Of a stretch of DNA of 64,000 nucleotides, positions 38,607 to 52,100 are shown piece after piece. Under the pieces are notes generated by a model that was not told the DNA's origin, did no database searches, and saw only the letters and a program-made list of their open reading frames with translations. The stretch's first letter is position 1. Each line of letters begins with the position of its first letter. Source of the DNA: Haliotis rufescens. Taxonomy: Eukaryota. The position numbers and the translations under genes were made by a program. Location of the stretch: the NCBI RefSeq assembly GCF_023055435.1, contig NW_025964223.1:7316001-7380000 (forward strand). The letters run 5' to 3'.

Positions 38607-39646
38607 AGTATACAGTTGAGAATCAGCGTTGTGTATCATGGAAAGACAAATATCCCTATCTAAAGTGGAGCAGTATATAAAAGCCCAGTTCCCCAGTAAA
38701 TCACATAGAATGTGTATAAAATACCTGATACTAAAGTAGGTAGCATACTGCAGTATTCACTGCTACCAATATGATATGATGACATAATCACGGTATGCTG
38801 TTGAGGTAAACAGTTTCACAAGTCTCACAATGGCTCCTGCAATACTAAATACTCTCAAACCTCGAAGTGTCAGCATAAACTCAAGGACACCTTAAACATG
38901 CTTCATTTCTGTATTGTATCATAGTCAGAGATTTCAAGCACTGTTGATCAGTTTGTTCAACTTTGCAGTACAGAGTGTTGCCAAAATGGACATCCTTTGG
39001 AGTGCAATAGCAATACATTTTGCAGCATTGTTAGGCTTAAGCTTAAAAAAATACAAGAATTGGTTCTCAGGCAATGACTTTTGAAAATATAGTGCGGGTG
39101 GGTGGTGGTGTTTTATTTCGCTTGTTAAAACTAGTATGTAAACAAAATAAACCTGGGAAAAGGCCTCCCAACATAAACAAGCATACAAACTCCTATTGAC
39201 CATAGCACAAGATGCGCATTAAAGCAGTGCGATTGTAAAGTAACTGCATGCTATGCTATATTGGACTACAATGTTTTCAAGTTTTAGGATATTTTTTTAA
39301 TGGAGAAAACAAACATGCAGCAGACTTTATGATGATGCGGGCGTGCCTGAGAACCAAGTAAAAAATTTTAAGCCTTAAAACCATACCATCAAGATATCAT
39401 GGGGAAGAACAAAGGACCCAAACAAAACATTTATATTGATTCAATAAAACTAACAATGGCTTGAGTCCGTTTCACATGTTCTTCAAACACACAGTTTGTT
39501 TGAGAGGCCAGGGAGCTCAACTTCTATATTGATGGAAGCTTTTATACCCGTCAATCAGACAACCCTCTCTGCCATACTTGCCTGGTTTGAGTAAACTGAG
39601 CAAACTGAGAGAGATGAGGTGTATCTTCAGGGTTACAATCATGTCA

Positions 39647-39905
39647 TGTGAAGAACCAGGGTAGAATATGTCTTCAGCAAGCCATGCTTGCCGTAACAGG
39701 TGACTATGCTTGTCATGAGAGGCGACTAATGGGATCGGCTGGTCAGGCTCTCTGACTTGGTTAATACATGTCATCGATCCAGATTGTGTGGATTGATGCT
39801 CATGATATTAATCACTGGATTGTCTGATCCAGACTTGATTATTTACAGACTGCCGTCATATAGCTTGAATATTGCTGAGTGCAGCGTTAAACAACAAACA
39901 AATAA
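39647..39905 (+). mobile_element. SINE-like family B in the NT5DC1 3' region
   Basis: Family B body and tail. Confidence 0.85.
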
Positions 39906-40171
39906 ATCATGTGATCATGAGTGGTCCTTGCTGGGTGGAGAATGATCATATGGACCTGGTATTCCAAGGTGCAATGTGGAGACTTGGTATTGAAGTATTC
40001 ATGGAAATGGTTCAATTCAGGGTGGATATGGGTCCATATACATGGTATTTGAGGATGCAGGTTGGACAGTGGTATTTGATGATTCTTGTCAGCGACCAAT
40101 GGCTCAGTATATGGGTATTTGAAGATGTAGGTAGATTGATATATCCTGAGTATCAAACGGCATTCAGTTGA

Positions 40172-43100
40172 TCAGAGCAAGGATGCAGGTTTGCCAGGAT
40201 GGAAGCCCCCCGTAGCGTCACTCTTGGCACCAAAAGATTCAAATTTGTGGTCCAGTGGCACACCTGAGAATAAAATCATTCAAAGTTGTAAGTGAGTTCG
40301 GTCTAACGCCTCTTTAAACAGTATTTCAGTTACATCACAGCATGTCCGCTTGATGTGGGAGGAAAGCCCAAAGCATGGGTATGGTGCTGAAAACCCTACA
40401 AACATTCAATCTAGGGATTCGAACCACGATGATAGATTCCTGGCAAGACTCTGCCGAGCGAATTGTGGAACCTCAGACGAACAACCTGTGCCCCTAGAGG
40501 TTTTAACTTTAAACCCCGATACATTGCAAAGAGCACCCCCATCTGAATGTTTATATTCATCATGCAAACCTCCCAAACCTCCCAATGAAGGTAAAAATTC
40601 AGAATCCCGCTTTAAAAATCATGGAATGGAAAATGGCCGAGACAACTAAACGTACCCGCCAGGTACTCCAGACTGGGGACCGTGATGTCGCTGTACTGGC
40701 TGATGACGCTCCCCCACAGCGTGTTCATCACCTTGTCTGAGGCCCCCTCGGGCCCGTGGTACAGGAAGGGCCCCCATACATCCGAGATCAAGTACTCCAT
40801 TTCCTCATGGGTCACCAGAGAACTGTGCTGGAAAAGTAAGCAAACTCCGTCAGTTGTTTCATCCTGTCTTATGTCAAAATGCTGCACGCAGAGAAAATTG
40901 AAAACAGACACAAATAATTAACAAGTACATCCAATGAGATCCAGAAAATTTGCCCCACCAGGATTCCAGGTTGGAACTGTCCCGTGATTCTCACAATCGA
41001 TCTGGGCACATGCCAACATCCAACATCAGGTTGGAAATTCCATGTATTACAGTGCCAAAGACACGGTTACAACTGGAATGGTACTGTCAAAATATGTTCC
41101 TGGTTCCTGGAGGGCACACTTTGGAATCATAGTTTTTAGCCAAAATGGAAAACAAAGCCATTGATGAATGTACTTTCACAAACGTAAACTGGAGGACCAC
41201 ATGGAACTTAAACCTATAAACATATCCTCATGGACAGCTGAACTCACAAAACAACAAGAAAACAACATTATCACTATTCCCAGCCAGGGGGCACATGAGA
41301 ATTTTGTTTGTTCATATAATAATGAACAAAAACTTTAAAAAAAAGTCCTACAAAGCCTTAAGAAGAGACAGACCCTTGGGTCACCTTATATCATCAGAAA
41401 AAAAGATTTAGCGTGAAATAAATACACAGTAAGGACCCTTTTATGGAAAAAATAACTCTCAGCTAACTTCAGTAGTTTCTGAGAAAACCTGTCCCCACTG
41501 CAGACACTATGCACTAAGTAAAAATAACATGGATCAAGGGATGTAACTCTGTAAAAATAATTTACAGGACCAATGTTCAAACAGTCTTGACTAGTATCTC
41601 TTAGATAGGCATGTACACTTTCATTCCTGTAACTTCAGTAGTTTATGAGAAAATTGGTCCCCATTTCATGCAGTATGCACTATGCAAGGTCCATAAGTTC
41701 CAAACTCATTTTAAATCATGACCAATTACATCAGCGTGTAAAAGTTCCTTTCTTTGACTAAAACAGTTTTTCGAAAAATGTCCCCTTTGAGAAGCGAACA
41801 GACGGACGGACGGAATAACTCTGTGGTGGGGGATAATAATGGGTATTCTGACACTGACATGATTTCAGAGGGTTTTATCAATTTCATTGAATGGGAAGAG
41901 CCAAGCCCGCTCACGGTGACATGACATTTGCCGACTTCAAAGATGGATCAAAATTATTGTTCAAGGTGGCACCCTTGAGTTCCTAACAAGGTCATTAAAA
42001 TCAGATATTGGTTCTTGCTACTGCTAAACAATGACCTGAGGACATCCCATTACAGGTCATGTCAGAATGAGCTTCCATCTGATCAATCACAGCCTCTCAG
42101 AGCCACATCAGGAAAGTGACAGTCAGAATGTGTTTTCTAATCATGAACCTCGATAAGGCCAACAAGGGGGTATTCCGAACGACAGTTACAGGCTCATTCC
42201 ATCGAAATCATCATCTTTTTCTCGCTTGAACGGGATAAATATTTGAACAGGAGAGACTTTCCATAGGCCATGGGAAGTACTACCATACAATCTCAGCCAT
42301 CTATTACACATTCCAGAATTTCATTTGTTCAGTTTTAAAGTTTTGAATCAATATTTTTCAACCGTAGTCTGAAGTAGGAAGTCGCCAGTTTGAAACTAGT
42401 GCTGTAAAGCTCGAGAAAACTACTTTCTGACTGGGTAAAGTTCACTTCTTTTTAGCAATAATTATTGGTTGGTCAAAGTTCGCGAAATGTCCTTCTGATG
42501 TGACCTGTTGAGGGATGTCCTCAGATCTTTGTTTCGCGGAAGTAAGCAGTAAGATCTGAGTTTAAATGAGATGGATTCCCAAAGGTACATCTGAACATCA
42601 TTACGAGTGGCCTGTGGCACACCTGAAACACTACATGTCTATCCCTGGATATACAGAAAACATACAGGAACGATATTCACCTCTATCCCTGGATATACAG
42701 AAACATACAGGATCTATATTCACAGGATTTATATTCACCTCTATCCCTGGATATACAGAAAACATACAGGATCTATATTCACCTCTATCCTGGATATACA
42801 GAAACATACAGGATCTATATTCACAGGATCTATATTCACCTCTATCCCTGGATATACAGAAAACATACAGGATCGATATTCACCTCTATCCCTGGATATA
42901 CAGAAAACATACAGGATCAATATTCACCTCTATTCCTGGATATACAGAAAACGTACAGTATCTATATTCACCTCTATTCCTGGATATACAGAAAACATAC
43001 AGGATCTATATTCACCTCTATCCCTGGATATACAGAAAACATACAGCACCTATATTCACCTCTATCCCTGGATATACAGAAAACATACAGGATCTATATT

Positions 43101-46100
43101 CACCTTTATCCCTGGATATACAGAAAACATACAGGATCTATATTCACCTCTATCCCTGGATATACAGAAAACATACAGCACCTATATTCACCTCTATCCC
43201 TGGACATACAGAAAACATACAGGATCTATATTAACCTCTATCCTGGACATACAGAAAACATACAGCACCTATATTCACCTCTATCCCTGGATATACAGAA
43301 AACATACAGGATCTATATTCACCTCTATCCTGGACATACAGAAAACATACAGGATCTATATTCACCTCTATTCCTCTTCGCCGTTTCTTTTGTGACGGCT
43401 CATCCTCCTGTTGTACAGTTCCATCATCACATGCATACCCTTCCGCGTCCATCTCCTCCAGCAGCAGTACCGTGTCCCAGTCCGCGTACATCTTAGACGG
43501 GAAACAATCGGCACAGATGTTGTCTCCAAAATACACAATCTGAAACAAATAAAATATTTATAAAAATGCATGAAAGTCTTCAAAACAAATAAGATACATA
43601 AATGAGAGACTTTAATATTACTGTCAGATTGTATCTGTGAATGGTTACCATGGTTATGGAGTTGCACGTAGGAAAAATAAAATGACTTAAGGCAAAAAAA
43701 AAGGTTTCTGGCCTCTTGGTATGGCTTAAAGTGATGTGCATCCTCTCATCGCACACACACACAACCAGCACAGACACAACATGGGTCATGCATCGTGTGC
43801 AGTTGGTTATTTGTATTTTGGGGAAAGCGTTTAGAATTGTGGTGTGAGGGTGGGAAAATGATGCGGATTGGGACCTGAAACATATTTTTTTCTTCAATTT
43901 ATAAAATAAAACAAGCACATGGCACAATTAAACTTGAATATTTAAGGAGTCAAATATCATCATCAAACCCCACCTTAAACATATTGTCAAGTCAGGGCTT
44001 TGCAGCTCAAGAAATCAAGCTATATATGTAGTTTCATGTGAAATTAAATATTACATTCCAATATATCTATGGAATTTATTGCTGAAAACACTGAAAAAAA
44101 ATGCCAAATATAATTGAGCGCAACAAATTTCATAAATACTGTCCATATTTTACGCTATATGTATACACACACCTCATGTTGATAACACAGCAGACAGGAA
44201 ATAAAACAAATAAATACAGCTTCATAACAAATCTCAATGCACTTGCTGTGTGAACGCATTAAGTATCAATTTCCATGAGACATGCATGCACTGGTCCAGT
44301 ATGTAAAACAGACAGTCCAAGGGAGGTAACTCTCCTTACATCGAGGTCTGGCACATTGAACAGTCTTGCAATATGGTTCAAATGAGTCCCTACTCCCTAT
44401 CTAAAACAGTACAAGCTTTAGAATATTATACGCATGCAGCCTTACATGATAAAGCAGTGCCTTGAGAAATATACATCTGGCAAAAAGTTAAACATCACCA
44501 GAAAATCTTAATCACTGTCGCGAGACTGCAAATCCAACTGGCAAAATAATTTTGGTAAAGACACAAACACCTATGCATTACTAAGATGTGCATGTTTGCT
44601 AGTGCTTCTGACGTGCAAAGCATGTGCACAATGCACTTGCAACAAGCCACTCGCAACTTGTTAAAAACACAACTTGTCAAAAACATGAGAACTGGCAACT
44701 TGAAATTATTCTGAGCTGCAGTTCTAATCATTATTCAACATGGCTTATAGGAGATTATCTGACAGCAGATGCATAAATGTCCTACAAAGCTGTTGGTCGT
44801 AATAAGTAAACAATGGTCATCACGGACAAGGTGAAATTGACCCAGACCAGCAGGTTAGAAGTCAAAGAGGGCGATCAAGCATTCCATGCTGTCAGACAGT
44901 CATCACAGAGACTATTTGGAGCGGCGTTGGTCGAGATTGAACCTGAGGACATGGTCAGATGAGAGAAGGGTTTTTTTGCGTTTCATAGACGGGTGTATTC
45001 AGGTCAGCAAAGAAACATGAAATACTCGCACAGAAACATTTGACGAAAAGCCCTAATTTGTGATATAACACAAGCACTGCACCGAGCGTGACACAAGCAC
45101 TGCACCGAGCGTGAGACAAGCACTGCACCGAGTGTGATACAAGCACTGCACCGAGCGTGACACAAGCACTGCACCGAGCGTGATACAAGCACTGCACCAA
45201 GTGTGTCACAAGCACTGCACTGAGTGTGTCACAAGCACTGCACCGAGCGTGACACAAGCACTGCGCCGAGTGTGGCACAAGCACTGCACTGAGTGTGGCA
45301 CAAGCACTGCACCGAGCGTGGCACAAGCACTGCACTGAGTGTGGCACAAGCACTGCACCGAGTGTGGCACAAGCACTGCACCGAGCGTGGCACAAGCACT
45401 GCACTGAGTGTGTCACAAGCACTGCACCGAGCGTGGCACAAGCACTGCACTGAGCTTGACACAAGCACTGCACCGAGTGTGGCACAAGCACTGCACCGAG
45501 TGTGACACAAGCACTGCACCAAGTGTAACACAAGCACTGCACCGAGCGTGGCACAAGCACTGCACCGAGCGTGACACAAGCACTGCACCGAGCGTGACAC
45601 AAGCACTGCACCGAGCATGGCACAAGCACTGCACCGAGCGTGACACAAGCACTGCACCGAGCGTGACACAAGCACTGCCTCAAGTGTGACACAGCCTACC
45701 ACAGGAATGCATCAAAGATCTCACTGGAGGCATGTGAAGGAGGATTGAGGCAGTCATTTGGCACGTGGCAGCTACACTAAGCTACTGATGATCTTGTGAC
45801 AGTCATGTTGGGCCCACAATGGTCATTCTCAGCAACAACGACAGTTGTGGCTGTTCCATATTTAAGGCACGTGCCAATTTTCTCAATAATACACAATGAA
45901 ATGCCCATCAATATTATAAATACCACTTCCCAAAATGTTGACATTCCGATTATCGATCTTTTTAGCGATTTTTTTGTCGACAAAGAATTGCTCTTTCAGG
46001 AAATGATACATATTCTGGTTTCAGGATTTGGGACTAACACAGTCTTTCAAAGCTTATGGCCAAAATAGCAGGGAGTGCTTCACATTTTTCCAAGTATTTT

Positions 46101-49100
46101 ATTAACAGCAAACCTTTGGATTCTCTTTTCCAGTCAGAGTGGCTATAAACTTTGTCAGCTCTCTTTCGTTGCCACGGTAATAGAAACCACCTTTTACCAG
46201 ATTCTTTGTTGGTTCCTTTACACTGTGTTTTTCTGTAAAATATCAAACTTATATTTATTTATAGAGTAAAAATATCATTAAACTTATCCTGACTCATACT
46301 GATTGCTAATCTCTATTTCTGAAAGGTAGTGGAATGTTTCTGAACTGTGAACCACAGAACACTAAAACAGCTCACCCGAACGCACCCATGGCCTTCGCAT
46401 GTACACCGGAAACACATGACCAAGCCAGTGTACTCGTCACTCTCATTTTCACCCCCACTGGTTGGGGAAAATTTCCTGTGCTTTTGAAATCCAAGCCATC
46501 CTATAAAATTTCACCCTTTTTCATCAAATATTTTGCTTGGATTACTATGACTCCTTTAATTAGTTGATGATACACCTGTCATTTCTTTTGTCCTAGTTCT
46601 CTCATAAATTATCAACCCACAACCATCAATCAAACCTGAAGGTATGAGTTTAGGGCTTGGACGAGTCCAGATTTACTACCCGGGTACCCGAGTCCAGATT
46701 TACTACCCGGGTACCCGACCCTATCCAGGTACCAACTGTAGGTCTCAAGAGTTGGGAACACAATGTCTAATTGGGAATAGTTTAACTGTAGCCCTGGCAA
46801 AAACTGTTTAGATATATGTATGAAACCTGAGACCATATAATATATGCATGCGTACACTGAAGTTTTGTCTTTACTCAAACATATACAAGTCTTTATTTAC
46901 TTTTCTTATTTCTACATCTTCTCAAGACTGCTGGGGGTGGTCGGGTAGCCTAGTGGTTAAAGCGTTCGCTCATCACGCCGAAGACCCGGGTTCGATTCCC
47001 AACATGGATACAAGACAATGTTACGCTTAATTTAGATACTTAGGTTCCGAAATTCGACATAACCAAGTTTGACACGAAGTTCGACTGTACAGGATTTCTT
47101 ACCTATCCGTTGAAAAGCATGCCCGTCAGTGAAGAAAGATGGTTTTCTTGCATAGAATATGTTGATGTCAAAATACGATTCCCAGTCATCGCTGCAACAC
47201 AGTAGACAGGAACATGAGTAACAATAAAACAATGTGCAGTGATGGTTGCTAGTTAACAGTGGGATGCCTGGGACAACACTCCCCGGATAATGAACAATCC
47301 AAATGTTGTACCTGGGAGCCGAAAGTCAAGGTTTTGAAACCAGGCATCCCATGATGTGTTCAAAGTATTTCATTTCACCTGCTGCAACTGTATTCTAAAA
47401 TTGCAAAGGAAGGGAAACTTGACTTGTTCATGTCCACTGATTGATAACGTTCAACCAATCACATTTTCAGTTGACATAGTTTGGTGTAGCTACAGGTAAA
47501 TATTTTGGGAAGTAGGGGGTATGATCATTTCCACAGTATCTTTCATTGGGCACTTTTAAGGACAATGCAACAGGAGGTTTTACCCTAGAATAGTTTCCGG
47601 TAGTCAGCAGTTTGTACCCTAGAAAAGTCTCCAGTAGATAGCAGTTCGTACCCTGGAATAGTTTCCAGTAGATAGCAGTTCTTACCCTAGAAAAGTCTCC
47701 AGTAGATAGCAGTTCTTACCCTAGAATAGTTTCCAGTAGATAGCAGTTCGTACCCTAGAATAGTTTCCAGTAGATAGCAGTTCGTACCCTAGAATAGTCT
47801 CCAGTAGATAGCAGTTCATACCCTAGAATAGTTTCCAGTAGATAGCAGTTCGTACCCTAGAATAGTTTCCAGTAGATATCAGTTCATACCCTAGAATAGT
47901 TTCCAGTAGATAGCAGTTCGTACCCTAGAATAGTTTCCAGTAGATAGCAGTTTGTACCCTAGAAAAGTCTCCAGTAGTCAGCAGTTCGTACCCTAGAATA
48001 GTTTCCAGTAGTCAGCAGTTCGTACCCTAGAATAGTTTCCAGTAGCCAGCAGTTCGTACCCTAGAATAGTTTCCAGTAGAAAGCAGTTCTTACCCTAGAA
48101 TAGTTTCCAGTAGAAAGCAAGTCTTACCCTAGAATAGTCTCCAGTAGACAGGAGCCGAAGTCGGAGAAGGAGCTTGTGAGGAGGAAGACACAACGTCCGT
48201 CCTGTTTCAGAGACCGCAGCCACTTCTTTATGTCATCGCTACATTTCTCAACATACTTGTTTGGATTTTTCTTTAGAGTTGGGAAAAATCCCCCCGTTTC
48301 CACTGGAGAATTGATGAAATGGAGAAATAAGAAATAATGCATTTAAGGCCACAATAACATAATCGTAATTTAGATTTTCATCGAAGTCTTTCTTGGTTGT
48401 CAGAGACCAACGATTTAATATTCACGGGAAATAATTACTTGGGTTTTCTTTACCCCATTACAGTTCAATTTATCCAGTATGTCCAGTCAAAAAAGTCTTT
48501 TGTTTTGTAAATCCCGATGACAACTTTTCTCCAGCATTTCAGGAACAAATCATGGGTTTTTATCAAATTCCAAGGCTCCCTGAGAAAATTGAATGCTGAT
48601 GCAATTAAGTTCTTGAACTTCCTGCCAGTATGGTTATGTAATTCCATAAATAGGAAAATTGAGACAGGCCTCAGTTATATATATAAGTGATTCACAACTC
48701 ATTCATTTCAAATGTGAAAACCAAAAAATAATGTGGGTAAATAAGGATCAGGGGTTATCTCCCTTGGACCACAAGACGCTACAACCACAAGGTAAATACT
48801 GATCCCCACAAACTGTTTTCTTCATCATTAATAAGTGTGTACAGTATCTCCTTCCATGTATTTGTTGTGATCAAGATATAAAAAACTCACTTTGCCAGCT
48901 TCCTCTTAAGGAAAGTATGATTGCTCACGTTCTTTGGGGCAAGTAAATAATGTTTCTGTGTTCCAATCCACACATTGCAACTGCAGGTTTTGAGACAATT
49001 ACTAATGTATTATACATGGTAAAAGGGAAATACTCACATGCAAAGTTGTGATATGTATATATATGCACAAGGGAATCTAATACATCCCCCCAGATTAGAG

Positions 49101-52100
49101 TGTAGTCTATCCTCTTAGTGGATTTTGAGTCCTTTATCTGAAAAAAAATATAAATAATAGTGAGCTACAAATTTTAGAAGTGAGTGAGTTCAATCTCATT
49201 AAAATCAGATCTTAGTTCTCGCTATTGCAAAACAAAGATCTGAGGACATCCAATTAAGGATCACGTCAGAACGACCTTTCATCCAACCAATCAGAGCGTT
49301 GCTTACCAGATCATGAAAGTGACAGTTGGAATGTGTTTTCTAATCATGCAGCCACGACATATTTAACAGGGGGTATTCCGAACGACAGTTACGGGTTTTA
49401 TGATCATATCCATACAATCTAGGCCATCTATAAGAAATTCCACAATGTTCTTCTTATCAGTTTCATTTTTTTAAATCGAGAATACGTCAAAATATGTTTC
49501 GAAGCTTAGTCGGCAGTTTGAAACTAGTGTCATAAAGCTTGAGAAAGCTGCCTTTTGATTGGCTAATGTCGATTTCTTGTCAGTCATTTCATTGGTCGGT
49601 CAAAATTCGCGAATGGTCGTTCTGACGTGACCCATAATGGGATGTCCTCAGATCTTTGTTTAGCAGTGGCGAAAACTAAGATCTGATTTTAATGAGATTG
49701 GAGTTAGTTATGTTTAACGCTGCTTTGAACAGTATTCCAGCCTATTGTGGTAGACATTTACCACTTTGGTGAAACCCACGAGCACGGGTACGGTGCTGAC
49801 AAACTTAGAAATACAAGCAGGGCGAATCCATGATCACTGGTTTGCACAGCGAATTGTGGCACCTTAGACAACTTGGCCACCTGTACCCCTAGTTTTAGTA
49901 GTTTTTGTTACTGCAATCTCATTAAAATCAGCTTTTAGTTATTGCTGCTGCTAAACATCGATCTCAGGACATCAAATTACAGCTCACATCAGAATGAACT
50001 TTCATCAGACTGACCAGGGCCTTGCTTACCAGATCAGGAATATGACAGTCAGAATGTGACAGTCAGAATGTGACAGTCAGAATGTGACAGTCAGAATGTG
50101 AGTTAGAATGTGATTGTCAGAACTTTTCACAAACTTAATCATGTGAATTTAAGGGAACACAAAATTATGGTCTTACCTTTTTCTCTTCAATGTCAATAAT
50201 TCTCGCCATGGCAACAAGGCCTGGAGTATCAAAGTAGTTCTCAAAGAAACGGAAAGTTGCTGAAAATACAACAAAAACCCAAATGACATAAAGCCAAAAC
50301 TTCCTCTCCCTTCCACCACTGAAGTTAAAGAATAATAATTCTATGCTCAAGTCTGCTAAACTTTTCATTTAAATGGGAGTATGTGTGACAGTCTCATGCT
50401 AATTACCAGCCTTGGTGTTAACATTGATATTAGTGCCTTGTGAGTGAGTGAATGAGTGAGTATGGTTTTACGCCGCTTTTAGCAATATTCCAACAATATC
50501 ACGGCGGGGGACACCAGAAATGGGCTTCACACATTGTACCCATGTCAGGAATCGAACCCGGGTCTTCGGCGTGACGAGCGAATGCTTTAACCACTAGGCT
50601 ACCCGACCGCCCCTAGTGCCTTGTGTGTAACTGAGACACTGACTCTGTTTAATACAGATATTCAGTAGCTACTTGATTGATATACAACATGAAGTGAGTG
50701 AGTGAGTGAGTGAGTGAGTGAGTGAGTGAGTGAGTGAGTGAGTGAGTGAGTGAGTGAGAGAAAAAGAGAGTGAAAAAGTGAGTGAGTGAGTGCTTTTACC
50801 AATATTCAAGCAATGTTACAGTGTGGACACTAGCAATGGGCTTCACACATTGTACATGTTAGGAATCCAACCCACGCCTTCATCATGATGACCGAACACT
50901 TCAATCACTAGGCTACTCATCAGCCCTCAGAAAGAGGATTTGACCCAGCAGACCAGCAAAGTGCCATTTGAACAACTTGAATCAAACTTGCTCCTGAGCC
51001 TAGTGTCCTTTAACTGGCATCAGGATTGTAAAGAAACATTTCCAATTGTTTTTTGGTTAGTGGCTATAGTCGACTGATTTCTAGATTATCTCCCCTTTGA
51101 AAAATCGTCTGTGCATTGCAGGTGACGTGTGTGTGAGCAAAGACGTATATAGTATATACGTCCGTGGTGTTAGTAAATGAGATTTAAACTGTGTAAGTGC
51201 CTTGTGGGAGGATGACAGAGGTTATCATGCGAATGTGTTTGGGGATGGTAAATATCCTGCATTAGGAATAAACATTGTATTTAGCAAGCTTTGGTTTATT
51301 CCTCTTTATTTATATCTCCAAAGTTGCCAAAACTTATAAAATGCCTAAGTTATGTCACAGTTAGACACTGATTTTCAGTATATTTGACTGTTCTTTTGAT
51401 AATGATAGCAATTATACCTTTAGTTTATCCAGATTCCTGATGGTTAATTCTGACTCAATCGCCGAATGACAAGGGGACGCCATGTTTGTTTATAAACACT
51501 GAAAGTAGTCCCTACGTGACCTTTGATATTTGCATCTCCATCCACATATGACCCCAATGGATATCGTTTTTATCCGTTGGCTTTATCCTGCAGAGAAACC
51601 TACCCATCATATGGTAAAACATTTTACGTTGATTGAATTAGGTCAAATATGATGCTATGGAAGCAACAAACATAATACGAACTTGAAGTTGTTGTGAGTG
51701 CATGAACAAGGATCATGTCAAGGTGAGGTGAGGTGAAATGGGGTTTAACGTCGCTAGATTATTGCACTTTTGTAGCGACGTGCATGTACGTGTGTGTGTG
51801 TGTTTGTGTGGCTGCTTGTACTAGTCCGGACTGATGCCGATTTATAGTGCTAGCTCACTGAGATACCATGCCGCAGTTTAACATGAATACCCCACTCAGA
51901 CACAATATACTGACTCCAAGCCGACCAGTCCTTGTTTTAGCCCCTTAATACCGAGCGCCAGACAGGGTAACAACAAGTACCATCTTTTAACGTCTTTTGA
52001 TATGACGCGGTCGGGGATTGAGCCCCGGACCTTCTGCTCTCCGGGTGGACGCTCTTGCACTAGACCACAAAGGCGGTGATCATGTCAAGTCTCACAAATG

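Noticed and set aside
42566-45702. Repetitive ORFs in the 44-bp and 23-bp arrays
   Set aside because: Translations of minisatellites that cycle through frames; no domain signal
46376-46500. AG..GT-bounded open 125-nt segment with the same phases as NT5DC1 exon 9 (possible mutually exclusive exon)
   Set aside because: No similarity to exon 9 or to HAD motifs and a weak pyrimidine tract; likely chance without RNA evidence
45068-48148. CRISPR-like appearance of the short arrays
   Set aside because: No unique spacers, no cas genes, eukaryotic intron context
50540-50613. tRNA gene
   Set aside because: The tRNA-like segment is a SINE head with body, tail and TSD
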